From: Candidatus Undinarchaeota archaeon
Lineage (GTDB): Archaea; SpSt-1190; JASMDC01
NCBI GenBank assembly: GCA_964519305.1
Contig: CAZFHY010000001.1
Span: 410,132-474,131, forward strand
DNA length: 64,000 nucleotides
Direction: 5' to 3'
A model generated the notes under the pieces. The model did not search any database. It worked only from the letters and a program-made list of their open reading frames with translations, and was not told where the DNA came from. Below are positions 10,191 to 18,973 of the stretch, one piece after another; the stretch's first letter is position 1, and every line of letters begins with the position of its first letter. The position numbers were made by a program, and so were the translations under genes.

Positions 10191-11183
10191 CTATTCGCTC
10201 TTGCCAGAGAGCTCATCGAGGATCTCGCGGAACTCGCCGACCTCGGTTGCGATAGATTCGTAGGTGCCCTTAATCATCTGGGCGTCCTTCATGATCTCCT
10301 TCCGATCGTTCCCGCTCTCCGCTGCGTAACGTTCCATGTCGTCGGCCTCTTCCTTCGAGAGAGGCTGAGAGTACTCCGGTCTGAGAAGGATCTCGAGGTT
10401 ATAGGTGACCTTGTCGGCGCTCAGGTTCCGGTAGGCAGGCTCGATAATGTCCTTGATACCCTCGAGCCCCAGCTCACCGTCGCCCAGAGGGAGGTGGTCG
10501 GGGACACCGTACCAGGGGTGGCCCTGTGTCATGTCGCAGTCGTGTACGTGGAAATGGACAGGTTTCCCGATATTGGACACACGCTCCACCACTTCCCGGC
10601 TCCTCTCCACAGCAGCGTCACGGTCGAGCCCTTCCTGCGCCCTGAAGTGCTGGTAGAGATGGCCTATGTCGACACATGCGGACACGCTGTCCGATGTCAC
10701 CCTAGAGACCACGTCGATCCAGTCATCAGGATCGCTCGAACAGTATTCTAGGAAAATGGTACCTTTACCGTCGATCTTGCTGAGTGCCGCGGCATAGTTC
10801 TTCTTCTCGGCCTCGGTCATTCGCCCTTCCCCACCGCGCTCCTCATGGAGGATGAAGCCACGGGCCTTGTCCCCGTAGGTATCCAATAGCTCCGAGATGC
10901 GGTAGGCACTGTCCCGGGCTACCTGCTGGTCCGGGGTGTTGAAGTTGTACATGAACGGCTCGCCCGGATCGGCACGGAGGTGGATCGTGCGCAGGGGCAT
11001 GCCCTCGGTCGCTTGCAGCTGTGTGTCGAGCGCTTCGTAGGTATGTGCGTTGATCTCTGCACCGATGTTGATCCGGTCCATGATATCCGTCTGTAGAGGT
11101 AAGTACTGCTCCCGTCCGCGATACAAGTGCAACTTGCAGACGATACCCTCTTCAGGACCGACCTCGGTCGAGTACATTGTCAC
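10191..11183 (-). CDS. Xylose isomerase-like TIM barrel (AP endonuclease 2 / sugar phosphate isomerase-epimerase superfamily)
   Basis: Metal-ligand motifs IFLE, DIGH, HFHVHD, DHLPLGDG and a late LE. Confidence 0.75.
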   Translation of the reverse strand: MTMYSTEVGPEEGIVCKLHLYRGREQYLPLQTDIMDRINIGAEINAHTYEALDTQLQATEGMPLRTIHLRADPGEPFMYNFNTPDQQVARDSAYRISELLDTYGDKARGFILHEERGGEGRMTEAEKKNYAAALSKIDGKGTIFLEYCSSDPDDWIDVVSRVTSDSVSACVDIGHLYQHFRAQEGLDRDAAVERSREVVERVSNIGKPVHFHVHDCDMTQGHPWYGVPDHLPLGDGELGLEGIKDIIEPAYRNLSADKVTYNLEILLRPEYSQPLSKEEADDMERYAAESGNDRKEIMKDAQMIKGTYESIATEVGEFREILDELSGKSE

Positions 11184-11202
11184 TACTAATGAGTAGTTAA
11201 TT

Positions 11203-12456
11203 CTATTTAAGGGTTTCGGTTTGGACGTCCACCGCCAAACGGACGATGTTCACCAGCACTTCACAGGCTTTGACCATGCTCTTGACCGGGACGAACTCGG
11301 TACGGGAGTGGAAGTTGTGTCCACCGTCAAAGAGGTTCGGTGTCGGCAGCCCCATGAAGGATAACCGGGCACCATCGGTCCCTCCTCGCACAGGGACTAT
11401 GTGCGGTTCCATGCCCGCCTCACGCATGGCGCGTTCAGCGAGCGAGGCCGCCTGCGGATGCTCGTCGAGCACTTCGCGCATGTTCCGATAACTGTCCTCG
11501 ATCACCAGAGCGACGGTGCCGTCGCCGTAACGCTCGTTCATTCCATCGGCGAACCCGGTCAGCAATCCCTTCCGTTCCTCGAACCTTCCTACGTCGAAGT
11601 CGCGGACGATGAGCTTGACGGTAGCCTTCTCGACCTTCCCCTCGATCCGCGTGACATGGAAGAACCCCTCGCGTCCCTCGGTCGTTGAAGGACGCTCACT
11701 GGAAGGGAACAGGGCGATTAGCTCAGCTGCGATGAGAAGGGCGTTCTTCATCCTTCCTTTGGCGTAGCCCGGGTGAAGATTGAATCCCGTGATGATGAAC
11801 GTTGCTTCGGCCGCGTTGAAGGTCTCCAGTTCGAGCTGTCCGAGCGGTCCGCCGTCAACGGTGTACGCCAGGTCTGCGGCGAAAGCATCGACATCGAAAT
11901 CATCTGCCCCCTCACCGATCTCCTCGTCGGTCGTGAAGGCCACGCGAATGGTACCGTGGGGGATGTCCGGATGAAGGACTAGATGCTCGAGAGCAGTTAC
12001 CACTTCTGCGATGCCCGCCTTGTCATCGGCGCCCAGAAGGGTGCTGCCGTCGCTGGTGATTATATCGTCACCCTCGAACTCGGCGAGGTGCGGCGTGTCG
12101 GCGACGGTGATGGACCCGCCGGCCGGGAGCTGGATGTCGCCGCCCGTGTAATGGTGCACAAGGGGTGTGACGTCCTTACCCGACACTTCAGGAGATGTGT
12201 CCAAGTGGGTGATCAGGCCGATGACCGGCGCTGTCCGTCCCTCCGGTAGGTTGGACGACAGCGTGGCGAACACACGTCCCCGGTTGTCCCGGCCCACATC
12301 GGTGCAGCCCAGGTCCCGCAGTTCGTCCATGAGGTGCAAAGCCAGCGCCATCTGCCCTGGGGAAGAGGGACGGTGACGGGAACCCTCGTCAGAGGACGTG
12401 TCCACCCTCACGTAGGCTAGGAACCGCTCTACAACTCGCTGACGCATTACATCCAT
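11203..12456 (-). CDS. pepT: Peptidase T (M20 tripeptide aminopeptidase)
   Basis: HLDTS, LLGADDKAG, DEEIG, HPGYAKG, RGGTDGARLSFMGLPTPN and NFHS motifs. Confidence 0.95.
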   Translation of the reverse strand: MDVMRQRVVERFLAYVRVDTSSDEGSRHRPSSPGQMALALHLMDELRDLGCTDVGRDNRGRVFATLSSNLPEGRTAPVIGLITHLDTSPEVSGKDVTPLVHHYTGGDIQLPAGGSITVADTPHLAEFEGDDIITSDGSTLLGADDKAGIAEVVTALEHLVLHPDIPHGTIRVAFTTDEEIGEGADDFDVDAFAADLAYTVDGGPLGQLELETFNAAEATFIITGFNLHPGYAKGRMKNALLIAAELIALFPSSERPSTTEGREGFFHVTRIEGKVEKATVKLIVRDFDVGRFEERKGLLTGFADGMNERYGDGTVALVIEDSYRNMREVLDEHPQAASLAERAMREAGMEPHIVPVRGGTDGARLSFMGLPTPNLFDGGHNFHSRTEFVPVKSMVKACEVLVNIVRLAVDVQTETLK

Positions 12457-12543
12457 AGGCTCATCAACTCCCGTTCACGGCGGGCAAGCACCACCCCCGA
12501 GATATATTTAAATGATAGATTGCTCGGCCGCCCGGAATTCGCC

Positions 12544-13788
12544 ATGGGTCATGATTATTTCAAAGAAGTCGTACAGGACATGGAGCGGGCCGCCAAGGTC
12601 ATAGACCTGCCCAAGGACCATGTCGAACGACTTGCCTACCCTCGCGCAGTGATCAGGGTCGCAGTTCCTCTGGTACGTGACGACGGCTCCATCGAGGTGT
12701 TCACGGGCTACCGCATCCAGCACGATAACGCCCGCGGTCCCTTCAAGGGAGGCATCAGGCTGGACCCCGATGTCGAGCCTGATATGCTCAAGGCAATCGC
12801 CGCCATCATGAGCCTGAAGTGCGCGGCCATGGACATCCCGTGGGGCGGGTCCCATGGCGCCGTCTCGTGCGATCCTGAGAAGCTCTCCAGGGGCGAGCTG
12901 GAGCGGGTCGCCCGGCGCTACACATACATGCTCCTCCCATTTATCGGTCCCAAGAAGGACATCCCCGCTCCCGGCCGTGGCACGGACGCCCAGGTCATGA
13001 GCTGGATCATGGACACCTTCAGCACTATGCAAGGTCACACCATCACGGGCGTCGTCACCGGCAAGCCCGTGGAGGTCGGGGGGACCAGGGGGCGTAAGGA
13101 CGCCACCGGTCGCGGCGTCATGTTCATCACACGACGGGCGCTCGATGATGCGGACATCCCTCTCCAGGGAGCAAGGATCGCCTGTATCGGGTTCGGTAAC
13201 GTCGGGAGCTTCGCGGCCTACCATCTGGCCCGCAAGGGATGCAAGGTACTGGCCGCTTCGGACCGCCACGGCGGAGTACACAACCCTTCCGGTCTCGACA
13301 TCCACGCACTCAGGGAATGGGTGGAGGAGAAGGGAACGGTAAAAGGATTCCCGGGGGCCGAGCCCATCACGGACGACGACATCCTGGCCATGGACACCGA
13401 CGTGCTCGTCTCTGCGGCACGCGAGTTGACGGTCACCAGCAAGAACCAGGCCAAGATCAATGCCCGTATCATCGTGGAGGCGGCCAACGCATCCGTCACG
13501 TCCAAGGCAGCGAGCGCCCTCCACAAGCGGGGGATCGTCGTGCTCCCGGACATCCTTGTCAGCGCGGGCGGAGTGACCGCCTCCTACTTCGAGTGGGTCC
13601 AGGACACATCGTCCTTCTTCTGGGGCGAGCACGAGATCGCCGTACGGCTCCGCGACCTCATGCTCCAGGCCTACGACGATGCCAACGCGATAGCTAGAGA
13701 GCATAATGTGGACCTGCGGACCGCGGCCTATGTCCTTGGAGTAGGCCGACTGGTCGAGGCACAGGTCCAACGTGGCATCTGGCCCTGA
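12544..13788 (+). CDS. Glu/Leu/Phe/Val dehydrogenase family protein with a degenerate active site
   Basis: RGPFKGGIR, VVTGKP, GFGNVG and SYFEWVQ are present, but GGSHGA and PAPGRGT replace the catalytic motifs. Confidence 0.9.
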   Translation: MGHDYFKEVVQDMERAAKVIDLPKDHVERLAYPRAVIRVAVPLVRDDGSIEVFTGYRIQHDNARGPFKGGIRLDPDVEPDMLKAIAAIMSLKCAAMDIPWGGSHGAVSCDPEKLSRGELERVARRYTYMLLPFIGPKKDIPAPGRGTDAQVMSWIMDTFSTMQGHTITGVVTGKPVEVGGTRGRKDATGRGVMFITRRALDDADIPLQGARIACIGFGNVGSFAAYHLARKGCKVLAASDRHGGVHNPSGLDIHALREWVEEKGTVKGFPGAEPITDDDILAMDTDVLVSAARELTVTSKNQAKINARIIVEAANASVTSKAASALHKRGIVVLPDILVSAGGVTASYFEWVQDTSSFFWGEHEIAVRLRDLMLQAYDDANAIAREHNVDLRTAAYVLGVGRLVEAQVQRGIWP

Positions 13789-13792
13789 ACCA

Positions 13793-14983
13793 TCACCGTC
13801 GTCGGCGGAGAGCGAGCCAGGACACCGCGAGCACACCACCGGCCACGAGGTATAGCACGAGCGTCCGCCCCCGTCGCCGAGATGCGCATGAACCCTTCAG
13901 GCACTCACGGCCCATGGGACAACCGCAGTCCTGACAGCAGGAGCCCATGTCCTCACCACCCCAGCATACACCGTCACCGCAACGGGCGGGGAAGCGGATG
14001 GGCGTGGCGTTGGGTCCATCCACCTCGGAAGGCCCCATGATACCCACGAGCTTGAACACCTCTGCCATCGTGTCCTCGTTCTCTGAGCTGTCGATCACGG
14101 TACACCATAGCTCGTAGCTGCCCTCAGACCAGCCGCCAACGTCCTCGCTCGTGAACCGTACGTTGAGCACGGTCCCGTTAGGGCCGGTCGGTTTGAGCGG
14201 GGGGCATAGGTCGATACCGATCTCACCTGTGAGGCAGGTCTCAAAAGCATCAGGCGCACCCACACGTCTGAGAGTGCACCTACCAGTCCAGGCCGAGCCC
14301 TGCTCCAGGACCTCGATGTGAGCCTCGACCGCCCGGATGGCCTCGAGCGCCCAGGAGGGGTCCGGAGAAAAGGGCGCATGGAGCCGCACCATAGGTCGGG
14401 TGTCTTCCGGGCCGGGAGAAGGGCCGGATGGCGGTATATCGACCTCGACCGGACGTTCGACGCATGCAGCGCACTCCTGTTGCCACCCGTCGCAGGCGGT
14501 GGTGTTAAGGCATAGGCGGACCAGGGCACCCGCCGGACCGAACAGTAGGTTATGGGTTGAGATCTCCACGCGTTCCGTCCCGGCGGGGAATGTGAGCACG
14601 ATCGCAGGAGCGGACCCCGTTCCGATGAACAGCGCCGCATCGAACGCGGTGTCCGCGGTGACGCCCCCCACCGATATACTGACAGGTACCTTTTCGACCG
14701 GTCGTGGAGGATTGTCCTTGAACCACTGGTCGAGCCCGGCGTGGACACAGTACAAGTCCTCTTTCCAGATGCAGATGGGTTGACGTGCGCATGCGCTCTG
14801 GGTGACGCGACGGGCACAGTCCAAGGAGCCTGGCGGGAGTGATGGCCCATCTCCCGCCGATGGCGGTACAATTGGCGGATCGATGACCAAATCCCCCGTC
14901 ACGATGGGCATGGTCACTGCCCCCACTATCGGGATGGCGATAAGTAGCCACGTCAGGAGGATGACGGGAGCGGAGCGCGTCAT
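13793..14983 (-). CDS. Secreted Cys-rich protein with C-terminal membrane anchor
   Basis: Signal peptide MTRSAPVILLTWLLIAIPIVGA, a CGDGVC...CCQDCGC...C...C module, then TM + RRRR. TATA at ~15012-15019. Confidence 0.7.
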   Translation of the reverse strand: MTRSAPVILLTWLLIAIPIVGAVTMPIVTGDLVIDPPIVPPSAGDGPSLPPGSLDCARRVTQSACARQPICIWKEDLYCVHAGLDQWFKDNPPRPVEKVPVSISVGGVTADTAFDAALFIGTGSAPAIVLTFPAGTERVEISTHNLLFGPAGALVRLCLNTTACDGWQQECAACVERPVEVDIPPSGPSPGPEDTRPMVRLHAPFSPDPSWALEAIRAVEAHIEVLEQGSAWTGRCTLRRVGAPDAFETCLTGEIGIDLCPPLKPTGPNGTVLNVRFTSEDVGGWSEGSYELWCTVIDSSENEDTMAEVFKLVGIMGPSEVDGPNATPIRFPARCGDGVCWGGEDMGSCCQDCGCPMGRECLKGSCASRRRGRTLVLYLVAGGVLAVSWLALRRRR

Positions 14984-15049
14984 GGTGCCATCGAGATGAT
15001 AGCGACGCTCGTTTATAATCCTGTGCCCGGTGCGGAAGGTCCGCACGGC

Positions 15050-16318
15050 CTATTCCGCGTCCTTCTTTTCGTTCCCGGGGACCAACGACTGGTACAGCTC
15101 GACTGTGTCCTTTGCTGCCTGCTCCCAAGTAAAGTACTGGAGCACGCGTTTGCGGCCGTTCTTCCCCAGCTCCCGGGCGCGTTCAGGATCACGAAGGCAC
15201 TCGCCCACTCCCCAAGCGATATCCGAGGGATCGTGCGGGTTAATGTGGAAACCGCAATGGTTCGGTCCCGAGGGCATGATCTGCTCCCGCAATCCGGACG
15301 TTCCGGTACCGCCGACGACCACCGGACGCTCCATGGCCATCGCTTCGGTGCACACTATGCCGAAAGGTTCGTATTTCGATGGGAACACTACCACGTCCGC
15401 TGCGAGGTACCGCAGGATGCGCTCGTTCTCAGGTATGAACTTGTACTCTAGGATGATGTGATCATCGAGCCCTTGGCGCTTAACCAGCATCTCAAGGTCC
15501 CGCTGTTGCTCACCCAGACCCACAATATTGAGCTTGGCCTGAGGGAACTCCCGGAGCAGTGTCGGCATGGCTCGGACGAGTGCGTCCGGCCCCTTCACGG
15601 TGGACAACCGTCCAATGAAGAATATTAGCTGCTCGTCGTCCTCTACGCCAAGTCTTCGCCTGACCTCGGCGCGTTCGCCATCAGAGAAGCGTGCCGGATT
15701 GTACTTTGAAGCGTCCACGGCATTCCAGATCACACGTACCTTGTCACCAGGGAAGTCGAGCCCGGCAAGCTCATCGCGCATGGCGTAGGACACGGTGACG
15801 ATGAGGTCCGACTCCTCAGCGGCAGCCATCTCGATGTCCTGGATCACCCCGGACGGCTTCCCCTGGCTCCGACCATGCTCGGTCGAGTGGATATGTAGCA
15901 CGTATGGCAGCCCCAACTCCCGTTTAGCGATCATCCCCCCAATCGCCGACAACCAGTCGTGCGCGATGATGACATCGAACTTGTTCTTCTCTGCAACGCT
16001 GTGCACTAGTTTCGTTGCAGTAATGACATTGTAGCACAGGAGGTCGGAGAAGAACCGGATCGCTCCAGCCCCCCACTTACGTATGCCCTCCCCGAAGAAG
16101 AGCGGTGTGACCGTGGAGCAGTCGGTGATCTTCGGGCGATGTACCTCCACTCCATTGGGGAACACTTCCCGCGTCTTGAACTCGCCCTCGTAGTTGAGCG
16201 TGAACACGACCACGTCATGTCCCATACGTTGCAGCTGGTCGGTCATCTCCATCGCATAGGTCCCAAGACCCCCGAGTATCTTTGGAGGGAATTCCCAGAC
16301 GAAATATGCGATACGCAT
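15050..16318 (-). CDS. GT4 glycosyltransferase (archaeal glycogen synthase-like)
   Basis: WEFPP...GGLG, HDWL, HIHSTEHGR and EPFGIVCTEAMA motifs. Confidence 0.88.
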   Translation of the reverse strand: MRIAYFVWEFPPKILGGLGTYAMEMTDQLQRMGHDVVVFTLNYEGEFKTREVFPNGVEVHRPKITDCSTVTPLFFGEGIRKWGAGAIRFFSDLLCYNVITATKLVHSVAEKNKFDVIIAHDWLSAIGGMIAKRELGLPYVLHIHSTEHGRSQGKPSGVIQDIEMAAAEESDLIVTVSYAMRDELAGLDFPGDKVRVIWNAVDASKYNPARFSDGERAEVRRRLGVEDDEQLIFFIGRLSTVKGPDALVRAMPTLLREFPQAKLNIVGLGEQQRDLEMLVKRQGLDDHIILEYKFIPENERILRYLAADVVVFPSKYEPFGIVCTEAMAMERPVVVGGTGTSGLREQIMPSGPNHCGFHINPHDPSDIAWGVGECLRDPERARELGKNGRKRVLQYFTWEQAAKDTVELYQSLVPGNEKKDAE

Positions 16319-16383
16319 GATACCGTCCACTCAGTAGAGTATCTTTTTAAAAATGAGGTGCGGAGGGCATGTTCGGTGTGTCA

Positions 16384-16566
16384 ATGCCAAAACCTGTAAT
16401 AGGCCTTGAGAATTGTGAGGGGTGTGGCACCTGTGCCGAAGTGTGCCCCAACGAGGTCATCGAGATGCAGGACGATGTCCCCAAGGTAGTGAAGGGAGAG
16501 GAGTGCATCGGTTGTCGCTCCTGTGAGGTCCAGTGCCCCACAGAGGCTATCGATATCGAGGAATAG
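16384..16566 (+). CDS. 2x[4Fe-4S] ferredoxin
   Basis: Two CxxCxxCxxxCP motifs (CEGCGTCAEVCP, CIGCRSCEVQCP). Confidence 0.93.
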   Translation: MPKPVIGLENCEGCGTCAEVCPNEVIEMQDDVPKVVKGEECIGCRSCEVQCPTEAIDIEE

Positions 16567-16725
16567 GGGAGTTCTCCCATCACCATTCTACGATTTCTAT
16601 AGAGGGAAAAACCGCGAAATGCACCTTAGTTACTACTCTAAAATGGTAACATTTATATAGTTCCAATGCCATATATTATCAAGCTTGTTGGGCAGCACGA
16701 CTGCTCGACATGCGATGGAGTGAAC

Positions 16726-18756
16726 ATGATGGTGTACGAGATTCATGCTGATATGGCACCCAAGATGGAGATCGCCGACAAGATCGTCGGTCAGTACTCC
16801 GAGGCGGGTGTGTACGTGTCACTTACCATCGAGGAGAACGCCGCGTCCACCTATGCTGCGACGGATGGTGAGCTCAACGGGAAGAGCGACTCCCTGAGCA
16901 AGGGTGCTCGCGTCCACGTTGTCGGTCACGACCAGGAAGGCATGGCCTGGGAAGTGTACGGTATCACCCAGGACACCACCAAGGACGGCCTCGAGAAACT
17001 GGCCGATTACGCTGTGAAGACACTCCAGTCCGGCGACTCGATACAGAACATCACCAAGAACTTCGTCTCCGCCGGTGCTTCCAAGGTCTACCTCTCCGTG
17101 CCCCACAAGATCCTCGCTTACGAGAACGAGACAAAGGTCGAGGACCACTACGAGGCCTCGGCCAAGCGCTCCTTCGACAGCGTGTCCGCCAAGGAGAAGC
17201 AGGAGCTCGTGGAGGAGCTCTCCAAGTCCGCCATGAAGGACGGCATCGTCCACTCCCGCGGCATCTACGCGGAGACCGAGCGCAAGAGCTGGTTCGCGGA
17301 CACCAACGGTTCGCGCATCAGCCAGATCATCCCCCGTCCCTACGCGGGCGTCTCCGCAACGGCCCAGAAAAAGGAACCGGGGTACGAGGCCCCCGTTGAT
17401 TTCACCAACTTCGACAGCTTCGGTCTTGGAGAGGGCGGCTACGAGCTCGTGGCCAAGGCTCTCAAGGAAAAGGGCCCCGCCGCGCGCGGTGCCGAGGTGG
17501 CCGACTCTGCTATCAAGGTCATCAACGGCGAGCGGTACAACTCCGGGGCCACTACCGTGGTCATGGACGGTCAGATGGCCGGTGTGTTCATCCACGAGGC
17601 GCTCGGCCACATGGCCGAGGCCGACCATATGGTGAACTACGATGCTCGCATCCTCAAGGACAAGATCGGGGAGAAGATCGGCGTCGACGGCCTCAACGTG
17701 GTCGACGATGGTCGCGCGCTCAAGGGCGGGAAGCTCTCCAGCAGGGCCCGAGGTTCGTTCAAGTACGATGATGAGGGTACACCCAGTCAGCGCACCGAGA
17801 TCATCAAGGACGGAGTGCTCACCAACTTCCTCGCTGGCAACAAGGAGGCGTCCATCTTCAACAAGAAGGAGTTCTCCAAGTTCGCTGAGAAGGAGGGCTA
17901 CGGGGACGCTACCTTCGACCTCGCAAAGGAGATCACGAACGAGATCACGAAGGCCACCAAGGACCTCACCAGGACCTACATGCAGGACCACGACAAGATC
18001 AAGGACGCCACCGATGAACAGGTGATGGCCTACATCAAGGAGCACGGCACTACCGACGAGGACTACCAGACGGTCCTCACCCAGGGGCTCCAGACGGTCC
18101 AGATGGAGGCAATGACCAAGGTCATGGCCAAGCAGCAGGAGATGCAGGCCGCCTGGGAGAAGGCCGATAAGCACGAGTACACCTCTACGGGCAACGCCCG
18201 CGCCGAGGGCTGGTACGCCGTGCCCCAGGTCCGCATGACCAACACCATGATCCTCCCCAACGAGAAGGGCCCCAACACCGAAGAGATGGTCAAGGACGTC
18301 AACGACGGAATCTACATGACCGGTTCCTGGGGTGGCTACGTCGAGATGAACGGCAACTTCGCCTTCTGGCCGAAGGAGGCCTACAAGATCGAGGACGGCA
18401 AGGTCAACTACGACAAGCCGATAAAGGGCACAATCCTCATGGACAACACCCTCAAGGCGCTCAAGAACATCAGCGCCATCGGTAACGGTGAGTCGTACGA
18501 GCGCTTCGGAGGTACCTGCGGCAAGGGAGGCCAGGGTGTCCCCAACGAGTGCTCCGGCCCGGCAATCCGCATCGACGACATAGTCGTCCAGGGCACACCG
18601 GGCGACAAGGTGGGCCACCAGACCATCCGTGAGGAGATCGAAAAGAACAACGGCATGTACCTCGGCCTTGACTCAGAGGGCGAACACGGCCCCGTCACGA
18701 GGACGTTCGACAGGGACGGGCTCCAGACGCCCTGGAAGGAGTCCAAGGTCAAGTAG
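16726..18756 (+). CDS. tldD: TldD-family metalloprotease, copy 1, with large insertion
   Basis: HEALGH (HExxxH), DDEGT, TGNAR, RMTNT and CGKGGQ motifs. GGAGTGA RBS before ATG 16726. Confidence 0.85.
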   Translation: MMVYEIHADMAPKMEIADKIVGQYSEAGVYVSLTIEENAASTYAATDGELNGKSDSLSKGARVHVVGHDQEGMAWEVYGITQDTTKDGLEKLADYAVKTLQSGDSIQNITKNFVSAGASKVYLSVPHKILAYENETKVEDHYEASAKRSFDSVSAKEKQELVEELSKSAMKDGIVHSRGIYAETERKSWFADTNGSRISQIIPRPYAGVSATAQKKEPGYEAPVDFTNFDSFGLGEGGYELVAKALKEKGPAARGAEVADSAIKVINGERYNSGATTVVMDGQMAGVFIHEALGHMAEADHMVNYDARILKDKIGEKIGVDGLNVVDDGRALKGGKLSSRARGSFKYDDEGTPSQRTEIIKDGVLTNFLAGNKEASIFNKKEFSKFAEKEGYGDATFDLAKEITNEITKATKDLTRTYMQDHDKIKDATDEQVMAYIKEHGTTDEDYQTVLTQGLQTVQMEAMTKVMAKQQEMQAAWEKADKHEYTSTGNARAEGWYAVPQVRMTNTMILPNEKGPNTEEMVKDVNDGIYMTGSWGGYVEMNGNFAFWPKEAYKIEDGKVNYDKPIKGTILMDNTLKALKNISAIGNGESYERFGGTCGKGGQGVPNECSGPAIRIDDIVVQGTPGDKVGHQTIREEIEKNNGMYLGLDSEGEHGPVTRTFDRDGLQTPWKESKVK

Positions 18757-18767
18757 GTCTACGTGAA

Positions 18768-18798
18768 GCTCCGGGAGCGGTACTCACCCTCCCGGAGC
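18768..18798 (+). terminator. GC-rich hairpin after tldD copy 1
   Basis: gctccgggag...ctcccggagc, 10-bp stem. Confidence 0.55.
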
Positions 18799-18973
18799 AC
18801 CTCGATTTCGAGCAGGATTTCACTGTGTTTTTTCCGGCCGGGCCCGGACTGACACTATGTGTCACAGTCGCAGTCTCCCGATTCTTGGGCTCGGACATCG
18901 CCGTATGGTCACGATTACGTCATGACGACGTAAAGGAAAACTATATATTCCGCGCCTCGGGCCGCTGCTCCTC

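Noticed and set aside
13793-13880. Archaeosortase sorting signal on the Cys-rich protein
   Set aside because: TM + RRRR is present but there is no PGF/PEF/PIP-type motif, so it is treated as a simple anchor.
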